The notes under the pieces were generated by a model. It searched no databases, was not told the origin of the DNA, and saw only the letters and a list, made by a program, of their open reading frames with translations. Both the position numbers and the translations under genes were made by a program. A stretch of 63,032 bases of DNA, the filler included. It is 3 parts of 3 records of this genome, joined end to end, with 100 filler letters (N's around TTAATTAATTAA, not from the genome) between each part and the next. Parts side by side here need not be neighbours in the genome. Positions count along the whole stretch, not along the records: positions 28,867 to 55,433 come from DRR378314_690; positions 55,534 to 63,032 come from DRR378314_691; 1 more part is not named here. One strand, written 5' to 3'. This document shows positions 47,751 to 57,962 of this stretch, one piece after another. Position 1 is the stretch's first letter; each line of letters begins with the position of its first letter.

Positions 47751-49053
47751 GTCTCTGGCAACCTGGTTGCTGAGCGCGACGTTCTTGAGCACGACCCTGC
47801 TACTGCCGGTGGGTGCCCACGCCCGGGTGGAAATGCTTGACCGCATCGTGGCGGTGGTCAACGACGGCGTGATCATGGAAAGCGAACTGCAGCAGCGGGT
47901 GGACGACATCGCCGCCCAGTTCCGCGGCGACAACCGCCCGCTGCCACCCCGCGAGGTGCTGCGCGAACAGGTCCTCGACCGGGTGATCCTGGAGCGTCTG
48001 CAACTGCAGATGGCGGAGCGCGCCGGCATCCGCGTCGACGACGGCGCCCTCAACCAGGCGCTGTCCGGCATCGCCCGGCAGAACAACATGACCCTGCAGC
48101 AGTTCGCCGACGCCCTGCGCGCCGACGGCTACGACTGGTCCCGTTTCCGCGAGCAGGTGCGCGGCGAGATGGTGGTGTCCCGGCTGCAGCAACGCAGCGT
48201 GGCGTCCCGGGTGCGGGTCACCGACCGCGAAGTGCAACGGTTCCTGGAGTCGGAAACCGGCCGCCAGATGTTCCAGGCGGATTTCCACCTGGGGCACATC
48301 CTGGTCAAGGTGCCCGGCAACGCCAGCCCGGAACAGGTCAGCGCGGCGCAGGAAGAGGCCGAGGCCCTGGTGCGGCGCCTGCGCGACGGCGCCGACTTCG
48401 CGGAAACCGCGGTGTCCGAATCGGACGGCCCGGAGGCGCTGGAAGGCGGCGACCTGGGCTGGCGGGAAGCGGCCCAGTGGCCGAGCCTGTTCGCCGACGC
48501 GGCGATCGATATGAACAAGGGCGACATCAGCGAGCCGCTGCGCTCCGGCGCCGGCTTCCACATTCTCAAGATGATCGACCGCCGCGACGGCGGCGCCGAG
48601 AAAGTGGTCACCCAGTACCAGGTGCGCCACGTTCTGGTGCGCGCCGACACCCTCACCAGCGAGGAGCAGGCCCGCGCGGAGATCAACCGGGTTCACGACC
48701 AGGTGGCCAGCGGCGAACTGAGCTTCGTGGAAGCGGCGGCGGAACACTCCGACGACCCGGGCAGCGGCCGCCAGGGCGGCGAGCTGGGCTGGGTCACCCC
48801 CGGCGAAATGGTGCCCGAATTCGAGCAGATGATGGTGGAAACCCCGCCCGGCCAGCTGTCACCGGTGTTCCAAAGCCAGTTCGGCTGGCACTTCCTGCGC
48901 GTGGAAGAGACCCGGGAAGCGGACATGAGCGACCAGTTCCGCGAGCTGCAGGCCCGCCAGGCGCTGCAGAAGCGCCGCTTCGATGAAGAGCTGCAAACCT
49001 GGCTGCAGGAGCAGCGCGCGGAAGCCTACGTGGATATCCGCCTGCAATCATGA
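47737..49053 (+). CDS. surA: Periplasmic chaperone/PPIase SurA
   Basis: DRIVAVVN; two parvulin domains (GGDLGW, GFHILK; GGELGW, FGWH). Confidence 0.95.
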   Translation: MNMIRSLATWLLSATFLSTTLLLPVGAHARVEMLDRIVAVVNDGVIMESELQQRVDDIAAQFRGDNRPLPPREVLREQVLDRVILERLQLQMAERAGIRVDDGALNQALSGIARQNNMTLQQFADALRADGYDWSRFREQVRGEMVVSRLQQRSVASRVRVTDREVQRFLESETGRQMFQADFHLGHILVKVPGNASPEQVSAAQEEAEALVRRLRDGADFAETAVSESDGPEALEGGDLGWREAAQWPSLFADAAIDMNKGDISEPLRSGAGFHILKMIDRRDGGAEKVVTQYQVRHVLVRADTLTSEEQARAEINRVHDQVASGELSFVEAAAEHSDDPGSGRQGGELGWVTPGEMVPEFEQMMVETPPGQLSPVFQSQFGWHFLRVEETREADMSDQFRELQARQALQKRRFDEELQTWLQEQRAEAYVDIRLQS

Positions 49054-50045
49054 CGCGGCGCCCGATCGCCATCACCGCCGGCGATCCGGCCGGCATCGGC
49101 CCGGATCTGCTGGCGGCCCTGCCGGCGGCGCTGCCGGACCTGCCGCTGGTGCTGCTCGCCGACCGTGAGGTGCTGACGTCGCGGGCCGCCGCGCTTGGCC
49201 TCAACCCGACGTTGCCGGACTGGGCGCCGGGCCGGCCCATGCCGGAGCACGGCGCCGTGCTCTGGCACTGCCCGGCGGGCGCCCCGGTGACCGCCGGGCA
49301 GCCCGACCCGGCCACCGGCGCCGGCACCCTGGCGATTCTGGAGCGGGCCGCCGACGGCTGCCTGGACGGCACCTTCGCCGCCATGGTCACCGCGCCGGTG
49401 GCCAAAAACATCATCTGTGACGGCGCCGACCCCGCCTTCACCGGCCACACCGAATTCCTGGCCGAGCGGGCCGGCGTCGACCAGGTGGTGATGATGCTTA
49501 CCGCCGGCGACCTGCGGGTGGCGCTGGCCACCACCCACCTGCCCCTGGCGCGGGTGCCGGCGGCGATCACCGATGCCGCCCTGACGCGCACCCTGACCAT
49601 CCTGCACGACGACCTGCGCCGCAAGTTCGCCCTGCCGCGCCCCCGAATTCTGGTGCTGGGGCTCAACCCCCACGCCGGCGAAGGCGGCCACCTCGGCCGC
49701 GAGGAACTGGATGTGATCATTCCCACCCTGGCGCGCCTGCGCGACCAGGGCCTGCAGCTGACCGGCCCGGTGCCGGCGGACACCGCCTTCCAACCGGACC
49801 TGCTGGCGCAACACGACGCGGTGCTGGCCATGTACCACGACCAGGGCCTGCCGGTGCTGAAATACGCCGGCTTCGGCGAGGCGGTGAACCTGACCCTGGG
49901 GCTGCCGTTCATCCGCACCTCGGTGGACCACGGCACCGCCTTCGACCTGGCCGGCACCGGCCGGGTCCGCGCCGGCAGCCTGCTGGCCGCCACCCGCCTG
50001 GCGGCGGATCTGGCCGCCCGCACCGAAGGCCAGGAGAGCCCATGA
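49050..50045 (+). CDS. pdxA: 4-hydroxythreonine-4-phosphate dehydrogenase
   Basis: GDPAGIGPD, GHTEFLA, NPHAGE, AMYHDQG, RTSVDHGTA. Confidence 0.97.
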   Translation: MTRRPIAITAGDPAGIGPDLLAALPAALPDLPLVLLADREVLTSRAAALGLNPTLPDWAPGRPMPEHGAVLWHCPAGAPVTAGQPDPATGAGTLAILERAADGCLDGTFAAMVTAPVAKNIICDGADPAFTGHTEFLAERAGVDQVVMMLTAGDLRVALATTHLPLARVPAAITDAALTRTLTILHDDLRRKFALPRPRILVLGLNPHAGEGGHLGREELDVIIPTLARLRDQGLQLTGPVPADTAFQPDLLAQHDAVLAMYHDQGLPVLKYAGFGEAVNLTLGLPFIRTSVDHGTAFDLAGTGRVRAGSLLAATRLAADLAARTEGQESP

Positions 50046-50854
50046 GCGAACATCGCGCCCGCAAACGCTTCGGCCAGCACTTCCTGCACGACGCCGAGAT
50101 CATCGACCGGCTGGTGCGCTCGGTGGCGCCCGGCGACGGCGAGACCGTGGTGGAAATCGGCCCCGGCCAGGGCGCCCTGACGTTCCCGCTGCTGGAACAG
50201 GTGGCGCACCTGACGGTGGTGGAACTGGACCGGGATCTGATCGGCCGGCTGCGCGACCAGGTGCCGGAAGACCGCCTCACCATCCACCAGAGCGACGCCC
50301 TGCGCTTCGACTTCACCGCCCTCGCCGAGCAAGGCCCGCTGCGGGTGGTCGGCAATCTGCCCTACAACATCTCCACACCGCTGATTTTCCACCTGCTGGC
50401 GCAGACCGGCGCCATCGCCGACATGACCTTCATGCTGCAGAAGGAAGTGGTGGAGCGGCTCACCGCCGCCCCCGGCGGCAAGGATTACGGGCGCCTGTCG
50501 GTGATGGTGCAGTATCATTGTCAGGCGGATTACCTGTTTCCGGTGCCGCCCGGGGCGTTTCAACCGCCGCCCAAGGTGGATTCCGCCGTGGTGCGTCTGA
50601 TTCCCTACGCCCATCCGCCCTGGCCGGCGATTGATCCGGCCTGGCTGAGCCGGCTGGTGGCGCAGGCGTTCAGCCAGCGCCGCAAGGCGATCCGCAACAG
50701 CCTGAAAACACTGATCGCCCCGGAGGTGTTCGACACCGCCGGCATCGATCCCGGCCTGCGCCCGGATCACCTGCCCGTCGCGGACTACGTGACCCTGGCC
50801 AACGCCACCGCGCCGAAACCGGGACCCGGAACAACCAAGGAGCCGACGCCATGA
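50042..50854 (+). CDS. rsmA: 16S rRNA m6,2A dimethyltransferase
   Basis: RKRFGQHFL, EIGPGQGALT, NLPYNIST, MLQKEV, PPKVDSA. Confidence 0.97.
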   Translation: MSEHRARKRFGQHFLHDAEIIDRLVRSVAPGDGETVVEIGPGQGALTFPLLEQVAHLTVVELDRDLIGRLRDQVPEDRLTIHQSDALRFDFTALAEQGPLRVVGNLPYNISTPLIFHLLAQTGAIADMTFMLQKEVVERLTAAPGGKDYGRLSVMVQYHCQADYLFPVPPGAFQPPPKVDSAVVRLIPYAHPPWPAIDPAWLSRLVAQAFSQRRKAIRNSLKTLIAPEVFDTAGIDPGLRPDHLPVADYVTLANATAPKPGPGTTKEPTP

Positions 50855-51255
50855 CCGCCGTGGACGACACCGCCATCGATACCGACCGCTACCGCATGCA
50901 GGTCACCGTGGAGACGGAGTATCTGCCCGATCAGAGCGACGAGGAGGGCCAGCGCTGGGTGTTCGCCTACCACATCCGCATCGTCAACCAGGGCGCGGTG
51001 ACCGCGCGTCTGCTGACCCGCCACTGGGTGATCACCGACGGCGAGGAACGCTCCCGCGAGGTGCACGGTGAAGGCGTGGTGGGCGAGCAGCCCAGCATCG
51101 CGCCGGGCCAGGAGTTTCACTACTCCAGCGGCGCCATCCTGGAAACCGAAGTGGGCACCATGGAAGGCAGTTACCAGATGATCGCCGAAGATGGCACCTG
51201 CTTCGACGCGGAAGTGCCCGCCTTCACCCTCGCCGTACCGCGCGCGCTGCACTGA
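50851..51255 (+). CDS. apaG: ApaG protein
   Basis: FAYHIRI, RHWVITD, GEGVVGEQP, GTMEGSY. Confidence 0.96.
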   Translation: MTAVDDTAIDTDRYRMQVTVETEYLPDQSDEEGQRWVFAYHIRIVNQGAVTARLLTRHWVITDGEERSREVHGEGVVGEQPSIAPGQEFHYSSGAILETEVGTMEGSYQMIAEDGTCFDAEVPAFTLAVPRALH

Positions 51256-51265
51256 GGGGTCGGCC

Positions 51266-52078
51266 ATGAGCACCTACGCGATCGGCGACCTGCAGGGCTG
51301 CCTGGCCCCCTTCGACGCCCTTCTCGATGAGATCGGTTTCAACCCGGACCGCGACCGGCTGCTGCTGGCCGGCGACCTGGTCAACCGCGGCCCGGACTCA
51401 CTGGGCGCCCTGCGCCGGGTGTACCAGCTGCGGGACAACGTCCGCGTGGTGCTCGGCAACCACGACCTGCACCTGCTGGCGGCGTCCCACGGCCACGCCG
51501 GCCTGAAGAGCAAGGATACCCTGCAGCCGATTCTGGACGCCCCGGACCGGGACGAACTGCTGGGCTGGCTGCAGAGCCGGCCGCTGCTGGTGGAGGTGCC
51601 CGAATTCCAGGCGGTGATGACCCACGCCGGCCTGCCGCCGCTGTGGCGGCTGGACGAGGCCCGCGCCCGCGCCCTGGAAGTGGAAACCGTGCTGGCGTCG
51701 CCGGACAAGGCCGAGGCGTTTTTCGCCAACATGTACGGCAACACCCCGGCCGGCTGGCACGACGGCCTGGAAGGCACCGACCGCTGGCGGGTGATCACCA
51801 ATTATTTCACCCGCATGCGCTTCGTCAACGACGCCGGCGAGCTGGACCTGGGCAGCAAGGGCGAGCCGGATCAGCCGCCGGCCGGCTTTATGCCCTGGTT
51901 TGAACATCCGCAGCGCCGTGAACGCGATGTGCGCGTGTTGTTCGGCCACTGGGCCGCCCTGGAGGGCCGCACCGGCACCGCCGGGGTGGAAGCCCTGGAT
52001 ACCGGTTGCGTCTGGGGCGGCTGCCTGACCGCCCTGCGCCTGGACGACGGCCGCCGCTTTCAGTGCGCCTGCCACTGA
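51266..52078 (+). CDS. apaH: Symmetrical diadenosine tetraphosphatase
   Basis: GDLQGC, GDLVNRGP, LGNHD, FGHWAAL, LDTGCVWG. Confidence 0.97.
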   Translation: MSTYAIGDLQGCLAPFDALLDEIGFNPDRDRLLLAGDLVNRGPDSLGALRRVYQLRDNVRVVLGNHDLHLLAASHGHAGLKSKDTLQPILDAPDRDELLGWLQSRPLLVEVPEFQAVMTHAGLPPLWRLDEARARALEVETVLASPDKAEAFFANMYGNTPAGWHDGLEGTDRWRVITNYFTRMRFVNDAGELDLGSKGEPDQPPAGFMPWFEHPQRRERDVRVLFGHWAALEGRTGTAGVEALDTGCVWGGCLTALRLDDGRRFQCACH

Positions 52079-52365
52079 CCCCGCCCGGCGGCGCCGTCTT
52101 CGCGCGTTATTAACGCGCCCGCCACAATTGGTTTATTTATAAAAAAAGTTCCCGCCCGAAAATTTTTTTGCTTTTGACTTGGCTTTCGTTTTAGCGCCAT
52201 GCTAGAACCGAAGTGATTCGATTCCGCCCGCTTAAGCCGCCGGCGCCAGCCCGCCGGCCAGGAGCGTCCGAATGCGTCAGGCGTGGACCCTTAGTCTCCT
52301 TTTTTGTGCCGCCGACCGGCACCGGGGCCCGCTTTTACCCTTTTCCCGATCGTTCCCCTTGCGAT

Positions 52366-52381
52366 TGGAACGAAACTCGCA
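52366..52381 (+). promoter_or_regulatory. Candidate sigma54 (-24/-12) promoter of yeaG
   Basis: TGGAAC-GAAAC-TCGCA (GG-N10-GC), about 97 nt upstream of the ATG. Confidence 0.45.
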
Positions 52382-52477
52382 TGGTTTTTCCCCGAACACC
52401 GTTTTCACACGTATCGCCATCCGTACTTGTCTCGCGGCACACCGCAGGCGCGGCGCACCGCCAGGAGGGAGTAAAGC

Positions 52478-54400
52478 ATGAGTATTCTTCGTCACTATCA
52501 GGCCCGGTTCGAAGCAGGCCAGGAAGACGAGATGTCCCTGGAAGAGTATCTCGCCCTCTGTAAAAGCGACCCCGGTGTCTACGCGTCCGCCCCCGAACGC
52601 ATGCTGATGGCCATCGGCGAGCCGGAGCTGGTGGACACCTCCAAGGACCCCCGCCTGTCGCGGATTTTTTCCAACAAAATGATCCGCCGCTACCCGGCCT
52701 TCGACGAGTTCTACGGTCTGGAAGACGTAATCGAAAACATCGTCAGTTACTTCCGCCACGCGGCTCAGGGCCTGGAAGAGAAGAAACAGATTCTGTATCT
52801 GCTCGGCCCGGTTGGCGGCGGCAAGTCCTCACTGGCGGAAAAGCTCAAGGCGCTGATGCAGAAGGTGCCGTTCTACGCCATCAAGGATTCGCCGGTGAAC
52901 GAATCGCCGCTGTGCCTGTTCGACGCCGAAGAGGACGGCCCGATCCTGGAAGAGGAGTACGGCATTCCGCGCCGCTATGTACGCACCATCATGTCGCCCT
53001 GGGCGGTAAAGCGGCTGAAGGACTACGGCGGCGACCTGAGCCAGTTCCGCGTGGTGCGCCGCTACCCGTCGATTCTCGACCAGGTGGCGGTGGCCAAGAC
53101 CGAGCCCGGCGATGAAAACAACCAGGACATCTCGTCCCTGGTGGGCAAGGTGGACATCCGCAAGCTGGAGGAATTTGCCCAGGAAGACCCGGACGCCTAC
53201 AGCTTTTCCGGCGGCCTGTGCCGGGCCAACCAGGGGCTGCTCGAGTTCGTGGAAATGTTCAAGGCGCCGATCAAGGTGCTGCACCCGTTGCTCACCGCCA
53301 CCCAGGAGGGCAACTACAACGGCACCGAGCACATGGGCGCGATTCCGTTCGACGGCATCGTGCTGGCGCACTCCAACGAAGCCGAGTGGCAGACCTTCCG
53401 CCACAACAAGAACAACGAAGCCTTTATCGACCGCGTGTTCATCGTCAAGGTGCCCTACTGCCTGAGAGTCACCGAAGAGCAGCTGATCTACGACAAGCTG
53501 CTGCGCAACTCCAGCCTGCGCGAAGCGCACTGCGCGCCGGACACCCTGCGCATGCTGGCCCAGTTCTCGGTGCTCACGCGCCTCAAGGAGCCGGAGAATT
53601 CCAGCATCTATTCCAAGATGCGGGTCTACGACGGCGAAAACCTGAAGGACGTGGATCCGCGCGCCAAGTCGATGCAGGAATACCGCGACATGGCCGGTGT
53701 CGACGAAGGCATGGACGGGCTCTCCACCCGTTTCGCGTTCAAGATTCTCTCCAAGGTGTTCAACTTCGATCACTCCGAGGTGGCGGCCAACCCGGTCCAT
53801 CTGATGCATGTGCTGGAACAGCGCATCGAGCAGGAACAATTTCCTCAGGAGCTGCAGGAACAGTACCGCCGCTTCATCAAGGAATACCTGGTGCCGCACT
53901 ATGTGGAATTCATCGGCAAGGAGATCCAGACCGCCTACCTGGAATCCTACTCCGAATACGGCCAGAACATTTTCGACCGCTACGTGATGTACGCGGATTT
54001 CTGGATCCAGGACCAGGAGTTCCGCGACCCGGACACCGGCGAAATTTTCGACCGCCAATCCCTCAACGAGGAGCTGGAAAAAATCGAAAAGCCGGCCGGC
54101 ATTTCCAACCCCAAGGATTTCCGCAACGAGGTGGTCAACTTCGTGCTGCGCGCCCGCGCCAACAACAATGGCCGCAACCCGAGCTGGATGAGTTACCAGA
54201 AGCTGCGCGATGTGATCGAGAAGAAGATGTTCTCCAACACCGAAGAGCTGCTGCCGGTGATCTCGTTCAACCCCAAGGGCAGCGAGGACGACCGCCGCAA
54301 GCACGACAATTTCGTCAAGCGAATGATGGACCGCGGGTACACCGAGAAACAGGTGCGGTTGTTGTCGGAGTGGTATTTGCGGGTTCGGAAAGCGCAATGA
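52478..54400 (+). CDS. yeaG: PrkA-family serine kinase / AAA+ protein
   Basis: GPVGGGKSS, TEPGDENNQDIS, EFVEMFKAPIK, GLSTRFAFK, NPKDFRNE; SD AGGAGG. Confidence 0.97.
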   Translation: MSILRHYQARFEAGQEDEMSLEEYLALCKSDPGVYASAPERMLMAIGEPELVDTSKDPRLSRIFSNKMIRRYPAFDEFYGLEDVIENIVSYFRHAAQGLEEKKQILYLLGPVGGGKSSLAEKLKALMQKVPFYAIKDSPVNESPLCLFDAEEDGPILEEEYGIPRRYVRTIMSPWAVKRLKDYGGDLSQFRVVRRYPSILDQVAVAKTEPGDENNQDISSLVGKVDIRKLEEFAQEDPDAYSFSGGLCRANQGLLEFVEMFKAPIKVLHPLLTATQEGNYNGTEHMGAIPFDGIVLAHSNEAEWQTFRHNKNNEAFIDRVFIVKVPYCLRVTEEQLIYDKLLRNSSLREAHCAPDTLRMLAQFSVLTRLKEPENSSIYSKMRVYDGENLKDVDPRAKSMQEYRDMAGVDEGMDGLSTRFAFKILSKVFNFDHSEVAANPVHLMHVLEQRIEQEQFPQELQEQYRRFIKEYLVPHYVEFIGKEIQTAYLESYSEYGQNIFDRYVMYADFWIQDQEFRDPDTGEIFDRQSLNEELEKIEKPAGISNPKDFRNEVVNFVLRARANNNGRNPSWMSYQKLRDVIEKKMFSNTEELLPVISFNPKGSEDDRRKHDNFVKRMMDRGYTEKQVRLLSEWYLRVRKAQ

Positions 54401-54402
54401 GA

Positions 54403-54445
54403 AAGCAGTTGATAGTTGACAGTTAATAGTTAACAGCGCGCGGGG
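54403..54445 (+). repeat. AGTTRAY heptamer tandem array, copy C
   Basis: After the yeaG TGA: AAGC AGTTGAT AGTTGAC AGTTAAT AGTTAAC AGCGCGCGGGG. Confidence 0.9.
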
Positions 54446-54533
54446 AAGGTCGGATTGGGCGGCGGGGCAGTGCCCGCGGATAAAGGCACGGTGTCCGGGT
54501 CGCGCGCGGTGAGTTTTCGTAGTGGAGAGCGGT

Positions 54534-55433
54534 ATGAGTTATATCATTGACCGGCGTCTCAACGGGAAGAACAAGAGTACGGTGAACCGGCAGCGTTTTT
54601 TGGAGCGTTACCGGCGGCATATTCGTGAAGCGGTGAACGAGGCGGTGGGCCGCCGCTCGATTACCGATATGGAGCAAGGCGAGCGCATCAGCATTCCCGA
54701 AAAGGATTTGTCCGAGCCGCGCTTTCATCACGGTTCCGGCGGGCGCCGCAACGTGGTGCATCCGGGCAACCGGGAGTTTCAGGCCGGCGACCGGGTCAAG
54801 AAGCCCTCCGGCGGCGAAGGCGGTGCCGGTGGCCGGGACGCCAGCGATTCCGGCGAAGGCGCCGACGAGTTCGCGTTCGAAATCGACCAGCGGGAATTTC
54901 TCAACTTCCTGTTCGAAGACCTGGAGCTGCCCAACCTGATCAAACGGCACCTGGAGGGCAGCCGCTCTTTTCACCGCCGCCACGGCGGCATCGTCAGTCA
55001 CGGCCTGCCGGCGAAGATCAACATCGTGCGCTCCATGCGCCAGGCGTCCATGCGCCGGCGCGCGCTCACGGCGGCCAGCCGCCGCCGGTTGCGCCTGCTT
55101 GAAGAAGAGCGTGACGCGCTGCTGAACCAGGACCAGTCCCCGGAGCGCAATGAGCGCCTCAATGACCTGGACACCCAGATCGACCGGGTGCGGCGGCGTA
55201 TCGAGCGCATTCCGTTTCTGGATGAGGTGGATCTGCGCTTCAACCACCATGTCAAAGTTCCGGTGCCGGTGAGCCGCGCGGTGATGTTCTGCATCATGGA
55301 TGTGTCCGGCTCCATGAATCAGGACATGAAGGATCTGGCCAAACGCTTTTTCCTGCTGCTCTACCTGTTCCTGCAGCGCAACTACGAGCACACCGAGGTG
55401 GTGTTCATCCGCCACCACACCAGCGCCAAGGAA
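54534..55433 (+). CDS. yeaH: YeaH/YhbH (DUF444) protein, 3'-truncated
   Basis: [50 protein letters not shown]. Confidence 0.95.
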
Positions 55434-55533
55434 NNNNNNNNNNNNNNNNNNNNNNNNNNNNNNNNNNNNNNNNNNNNTTAATTAATTAANNNNNNNNNNN
55501 NNNNNNNNNNNNNNNNNNNNNNNNNNNNNNNNN
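55434..55533. other. Artificial contig spacer N44-TTAATTAATTAA-N44
   Basis: Identical to the first spacer. Confidence 0.97.
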
Positions 55534-57577
55534 CTTTTGCAGTACCTGCAGCTATATAGTATCCAGGACGTCCGATGTCCGAGGTCCACTTCGTGGCAAA
55601 GAAGCACGTGGGGGAGAGACCCGACAGCCGACAAGCCGCGCGCTGCAAATCGGCGGAATCTGCCCGCGGAGGCGCAATGTTTCTTCGGAGTTGATGGATC
55701 AGCCCTCCCAGTACCTGCAAGTCGGATGCAATAGCACGCCGCGTTTGCCATCATAATCAAGATTCGTCTGAACGTCACTGTCGTGGCTACGAAGGAATCA
55801 GGGGTGTGTTGGAAGCGAGGATCCACACGAAACCATCGCGATAGACGACGGGAGAAGCAAAGCTCTGCAGGGCAAAGGCATGCGAGCGAATTGTTGCGGG
55901 ATGAAAGAAGGCTGGCCGGAGAAGGCGGATCTGCAGGCGTAGCGACCTCGCGCTCCATAGAAAGAATGATAAAACACTACAATGTCTCCGCGTAATTCAA
56001 AAGAAGTGACGTCCGGCCCAGCAGTTCCGTGGATGTGTTGTGCTCGAGTTTCGGAGTTCCATTTCCGGCACTGCCGACACGCTGGCGCGCTTCCTCTTGC
56101 GCGGTACGCCCAGAGAACGACGACGCACCGAATCCATATGGCCGTCGTGTGCAGCGTCTGCATATACAGCTTCACTGTGGCGAAGGGCGGCCAGAAGAAC
56201 GTCGAGCTCCATCTTGGGAAGAAAGACGCGCGAGAGCGAGGCTGCTGCACGGAGCGCGAGAGGTGTAGGCGACGACGGTTCTTTCCCGGGCAGATCGTCC
56301 AACGGCGGAGTCTAACGGCACGGGCACAACGCACATATAGGCACATTCTGTTTGAGGCCACTTATTAGAGATATGTCCTCTTGAGGGCAACAATTCCTGA
56401 GGCGCAAAGTCGCGGCACTGCTCTCTCACGCACCTGAGAGCCGCCAAGCGCTTCGAGCTCGATGGGGTCGTCCCGCAGCGCTCGTCGCGAGAACACTCTG
56501 CTCAGAAGGAAAAAAAAAGAAGTGGAGCGTGAATGGAGCCTCTCATGGGATGAAATGAGGATGACTTCTTTGCTACAATTGATTTACATTCACTGTGAAT
56601 ACGGTAAAGTACCCGGGAGCTGTCGCACGGGCGCAAGTTGGGCGCGAACACTAGCCGCCAGCACGTGCTGGAGGTTTCTCCGCGCGAAGCTGTACACTGG
56701 CAAATGTCGAGGCACCGGCTCTTTTTCTGCGCGCTTGTGCTTCCTTTCTTCGACGGCAGCAGCATGGGCGGATCGAAGAACCCAACCCGCACAAAGTTGG
56801 ATGCGAATCACAAGCAGTAAATGTAGGTCTCGTGAAAAAGTTCTCTCAACAGACCTGTGGTCCCGGTACGCCGCCCAGTATGCAAACGGATCCCATACGA
56901 TTTTCGACCGGTACAGGACCAGCAGCCGCACAAAGTCGATTGGAGCCAGTGATGACAGATCATCTGTGGGAATCACAGCAAAAGATAGATAGGCCGATAG
57001 AGAGAGCTGATTTCAGATTAGAATACATATGCTCCGTTCAATTGAGTTTACAAGTCAGCACTTGGCTCCAAGGGCAGAATGTACGGAGCAGAACGACTGT
57101 TGGTAGAAGACTGGCAGACGCGCGGGGAGCACTCGTGCACGCCACGGCAGCCTGTTTCGTTGTCAAGAATCTGTTGTCGTCCGCACGGCCAGCCGCTGAG
57201 GCCGATTCTTTCTCAGCAGGTACGCAATGGCGCGGCGGCATAATACAGTTGTCAAACAGAAATAATCATTCGTAAACGGGCAAAGACCTTCCAGTACAAC
57301 GACTCCTGTGGGCATTCTTAGGAGCGCGCGTGCGCGCGCTGGAAGGGAGTGGAAACAAGCTTGCGGTCGGGCAGGCCTCACCATCCGCTGTTTCGGGAAC
57401 TGTCATCACCTCGCGTTGTGCAAGGCCGCCGTCGCGCGTGCTAGTAGAGGCATCTCCTGCACGGTTCTGAGATGTTTCTACAAATACAAATTCATCGATC
57501 TGCGTATCACCGTCGGTTTCTGTGCACGGCGGAACGTCCTTCTGGTGCCCGGCCGCAGCAGTGGAGTCGTCTGCCAT
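55534..57577 (-). CDS. Hypothetical eukaryotic multi-exon gene, 3'-truncated
   Basis: Exon-like segments MADDSTAA..ETAD|GVVVLEGLCPF.., DLSSLAPIDFVRLLVLYRSKIVWDPF and LRAAASLSRVFLPKMELDVLL, some bounded by GT/AG. Not all phases resolved. Confidence 0.4.
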
Positions 57578-57962
57578 CCCACTGTTGCTAGTTTTCCTAC
57601 CGAGTTTGCGGGACATTCACGGCGGCGCGCGGTGGGGCGGCGGGAGATTTCCGAATTTCGATGGATCTCGGTTGTTCTTTCTACGACGGCAGGCTCCTTC
57701 GTAGTGCATCATCGACCGCCACACTGGCACGCGAAATGCGTCAGGTCGGCTATGCGGGTCATTTGTGATGGACGTGCCCATGGCGTGAGCTCGGGTCGGC
57801 CAAAAGAATACTACAACATGCGTCGAGCTGCGAAAGCGCCTGCAATTGCGGCGGTCATGGCAAGCGGCCTGCCGCTCCACGCACTGTACGATACCGCCGA
57901 CTGGCTTTCGTGCAGCTTCACATGCGCGCCGCTTTTATTAGTTTCTCCTTCGCATGCGCTTG

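Noticed and set aside
45501-54397. Long antisense ORFs (e.g. 45501-47480, 48794-50770, 52829-54397)
   Set aside because: Shadow ORFs opposite well-conserved genes in high-GC DNA.
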